Shown piece after piece: positions 61,547 to 64,000 of a DNA stretch of 64,000 nucleotides; the stretch's first letter is position 1, and each line of letters begins with the position of its first letter. The notes beneath the pieces are model-generated. The model was not told the DNA's origin and searched no databases. It saw only the letters and a list, made by a program, of their open reading frames with translations. Location: contig JAKPPS010000042.1 in assembly GCA_029547225.1 (NCBI GenBank), positions 4,459-68,458 on the forward strand, in the 5' to 3' direction. A program made the translations under genes and the position numbers. This DNA is from a bacterium (lineage in GTDB: Bacteria > Patescibacteriota > Dojkabacteria > SC72 > WJKH01).

Positions 61547-63232
61547 TTAGAAATTTTTCCATATGTGTAATAACCATATAATTGAATCTAGCTTACGATG
61601 AATTTGATTGAAGAATTTAGTTAATGGATAATAAGAAAACGACGAATTAGCAAGTACTTTTGGCAATATTACCTGATCCGAGTTGAGTAAAATAAGGTAA
61701 TTTACTTGATTACCAAGACTGTCAATGCTAAATCTTGCTGTAATACCAGTTACATTGTATTGACCTAGCACTAATGTATTACTTGAAGATATTACATATG
61801 ATTGTTTATCTTCGTCTGAAAGTAGTCTATTATTTCCAACATATTGTAACTTTTTGTTAATAATAAAATGATTTCGTACTGACTCCTCTTGGTTATCGTT
61901 TCTTAGTAAATTTCGTAAATTGAAGCTCGGTGTTATTGTTTTTACAATGTTTTCTATAAATAATTGATTATTTATTTTGAATCCTGTAAAGGAATAGCAG
62001 TTGTTATTAATTGAGGATATAATCTGATCGAAAGACAGTCCGTTTAAATGCCCTTTTATCTCATTAATAATATTGCATTCAAATGATGATGAAGTATTGC
62101 ATTTATCGTTGAAACTTTCTTTTGAAAATAAGAAAGAATTTTGATCGTCAAATAGTATTATCTCATCGCCATCCGCAATAAAGCATGATTGCACAAATTT
62201 TAATGTGTTCTCAGGACTTTGCATAAAAATATTCAATTTTTCTGGTGTACCAATGTATGGACTATTGCTTGAGTTGTTTGTGGGTTTGCACAATATAAAA
62301 TGTGAATAAATTGTGTTTTCAAGGCGACATAATGAGGATTCTTCGAGCATTTTACCAATGTGTGCAATATCGTAAATTTTGTTGTCAGGTGAGTGAAGTT
62401 CATAAGTATTGTTCTCGATGTATTCATCTATGGCTATCGTAAACAGTGGATAACCGAGATTGTCATCAAAATAATATTTTTTATTATTTTGTAAATCATA
62501 AATATACCAGTTGGAATAATTAGAGTTCTTTAGTGCAATCATCTCGATTAAGTTTTCATGCTGTAAAATTTCAGAAAACATCAAATAGCCTGAGTAATCA
62601 ATAGTATTCTCTTTACCTGGTGTTATTTCATTACAAATGCTGAAATCATTCTGACTATTATTAGTGTCAATAAGATTATTTCTGCAGATAGAAATATTCT
62701 CTGGAGTATCAGAAAACAATTCATTCTCTGACGCAACAAGACCTAAATCGTTAGTAAGATTATTAGTATTAGGTGAGTCATAGAGAAAAGTGTCAAATAT
62801 GCAGGAGTCTATTTTGTTAATTCTTATCGCATCTGTAGCATTTCCACCGTTTTGCATCCCAATTTTAGCAGTATAAATATCACAGTTCTCTACTTCACTC
62901 TCACAGATAAGAGCATATTGACCCTTATCCAGAATGAAATCATCATCGACTTCCTTAACCATTTTATACTGTGTCCCAGCAACGAATACCTTCATACCTT
63001 TAAGATTAATTTCCTTTTCACTATTATTGTATATTTCAATCCACTCTTTACCTAAATCTTCGCCCTCAGGATTAATAAGTACCTCTGTGATAATCACATT
63101 GGTTTGCTCACACTCATCCACATTTGATTGAGCATTAATCCTGAACGATAGTAAAGAGAAGAAGAATATAGTAGAAGTTACAAGAAACATTAGCTTAATA
63201 GTGTATTTAAAAGTATTCTTTGACTCCTGCAT
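61547..63232 (-). CDS. Lamin tail domain-containing exported protein
   Basis: Signal peptide, VIITEVLINP..D..KEWIEIYN, TPGKEN. Confidence 0.75.
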   Translation of the reverse strand: MQESKNTFKYTIKLMFLVTSTIFFFSLLSFRINAQSNVDECEQTNVIITEVLINPEGEDLGKEWIEIYNNSEKEINLKGMKVFVAGTQYKMVKEVDDDFILDKGQYALICESEVENCDIYTAKIGMQNGGNATDAIRINKIDSCIFDTFLYDSPNTNNLTNDLGLVASENELFSDTPENISICRNNLIDTNNSQNDFSICNEITPGKENTIDYSGYLMFSEILQHENLIEMIALKNSNYSNWYIYDLQNNKKYYFDDNLGYPLFTIAIDEYIENNTYELHSPDNKIYDIAHIGKMLEESSLCRLENTIYSHFILCKPTNNSSNSPYIGTPEKLNIFMQSPENTLKFVQSCFIADGDEIILFDDQNSFLFSKESFNDKCNTSSSFECNIINEIKGHLNGLSFDQIISSINNNCYSFTGFKINNQLFIENIVKTITPSFNLRNLLRNDNQEESVRNHFIINKKLQYVGNNRLLSDEDKQSYVISSSNTLVLGQYNVTGITARFSIDSLGNQVNYLILLNSDQVILPKVLANSSFSYYPLTKFFNQIHRKLDSIIWLLHIWKNF

Positions 63233-63379
63233 AAATAAAGTATATCTCACAATAATTAAATCAATATGAATTATTTATGAAACATACTTGACATTTGAAT
63301 TAATAAAAATATCGACTTGAAGCCAAGATTTGAAAATGCAATAAATATCGACCAAAAGCTAAAAGCGATGTGAATATTA

Positions 63380-64000
63380 TTACCTCAGATGAACATAAAT
63401 ACTTTTATATCCATTGTCATGAACAATAAGGGCAAATTTTGCACCTCCCCAACTTTCTACGCCGTAGCTTACTACACCAGAGTAGAGAGCATAAACTGGA
63501 GCACCCTCACCTTGTAATGGAAACCATCCTTGCGTGTAAGGATCACATTGTAAATCTCCATAATTTAACCAATAACACTGATTCTCAGTGGGACTATTCC
63601 AACAGTAACCGTAAGTCTGGTAAGATTGATTCCCAGCAGAAAGACTGACAATATCAAGAAATTGACCTGAATGAGGTCCTTGAGTAAGGTAACCGCTATC
63701 CAAAGGTGCAGAACCAGCATTAGAAACGACGAAATTACCACTTAATGAAACATGTCCATTAAATGGACTCTCGGTTGTGTACCAATTATAATCGCTACCG
63801 GGAGAAATTATGCCATAATGTAGGTGAGAACCATATGAACAACCAGTATGACCTTGAAAACCAATTATTTGGCCTTGTTCTACACGAGTTCCGTTTGCAA
63901 GTTGACCTTCATGAAACATACGCATAATCATTTCTGTTGTTTGACGATCAATTTCATTTTGTTGCGCATATAAAGCATTCAGTTGATCCTGATAAGCTGA
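63380..64000 (-). CDS. Coiled-coil protein with circularly permuted M23 peptidase domain (5' end beyond the window)
   Basis: Frame is open to base 64000; QGQIIGFQGHTG.S.GSHLHY precedes HSGQFLD, GAPVYA..SGVV and SIYVHL. Confidence 0.75.
   Translation of the reverse strand, partial: SAYQDQLNALYAQQNEIDRQTTEMIMRMFHEGQLANGTRVEQGQIIGFQGHTGCSYGSHLHYGIISPGSDYNWYTTESPFNGHVSLSGNFVVSNAGSAPLDSGYLTQGPHSGQFLDIVSLSAGNQSYQTYGYCWNSPTENQCYWLNYGDLQCDPYTQGWFPLQGEGAPVYALYSGVVSYGVESWGGAKFALIVHDNGYKSIYVHLR

Noticed and set aside
3477..63648. Numerous 60-145-aa ORFs overlapping longer genes in other frames or strands
   Set aside because: Shadow ORFs of well-supported genes, with no motifs of their own

Overview
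AT-rich bacterial DNA whose gene content and style (C-terminally truncated AlaRS, CxxC-x17-CxxC protein, tRNA without encoded CCA, small genes with few Shine-Dalgarno signals) suggest a Patescibacteria/CPR genome; this is inference. The window has two parts. (1) About 1-12,450 is an accessory array. Unrelated cargo genes sit between recurring modules: a TCCA-N7-CAA(CCA) core shaped like a tRNA 3' end (8 clear copies), a ~290-bp arm carrying a start-less, frame-conserved ~50-codon tail on the minus strand (5 mosaic copies), a GGTTGAC-N13-GGTTCGAGCCGT box (4 copies) and a duplicated ~93-aa gene. Two GIY-YIG genes bounded by REP-like hairpins begin exactly at core sites. No recombinase is encoded in the window. 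The cargo includes alaS under an Ala-specific T-box with a very short Stem I. (2) About 13,100-64,000 is mostly housekeeping or ordinary accessory DNA: glmS, DEAD-box helicase, ABC transporters, a catalytically degenerate metK homolog, rnpB, fmt, queA-tgt, carD, umuDC, tRNA-Asn, amrBAS, hpf and a permuted M23 peptidase. Eight copies of a fixed-spacing ~50-bp intergenic motif are scattered through this part. Three long ORFs marked + in the supplied track (13100-14887, 25988-27337, 33653-35386) are on the minus strand.
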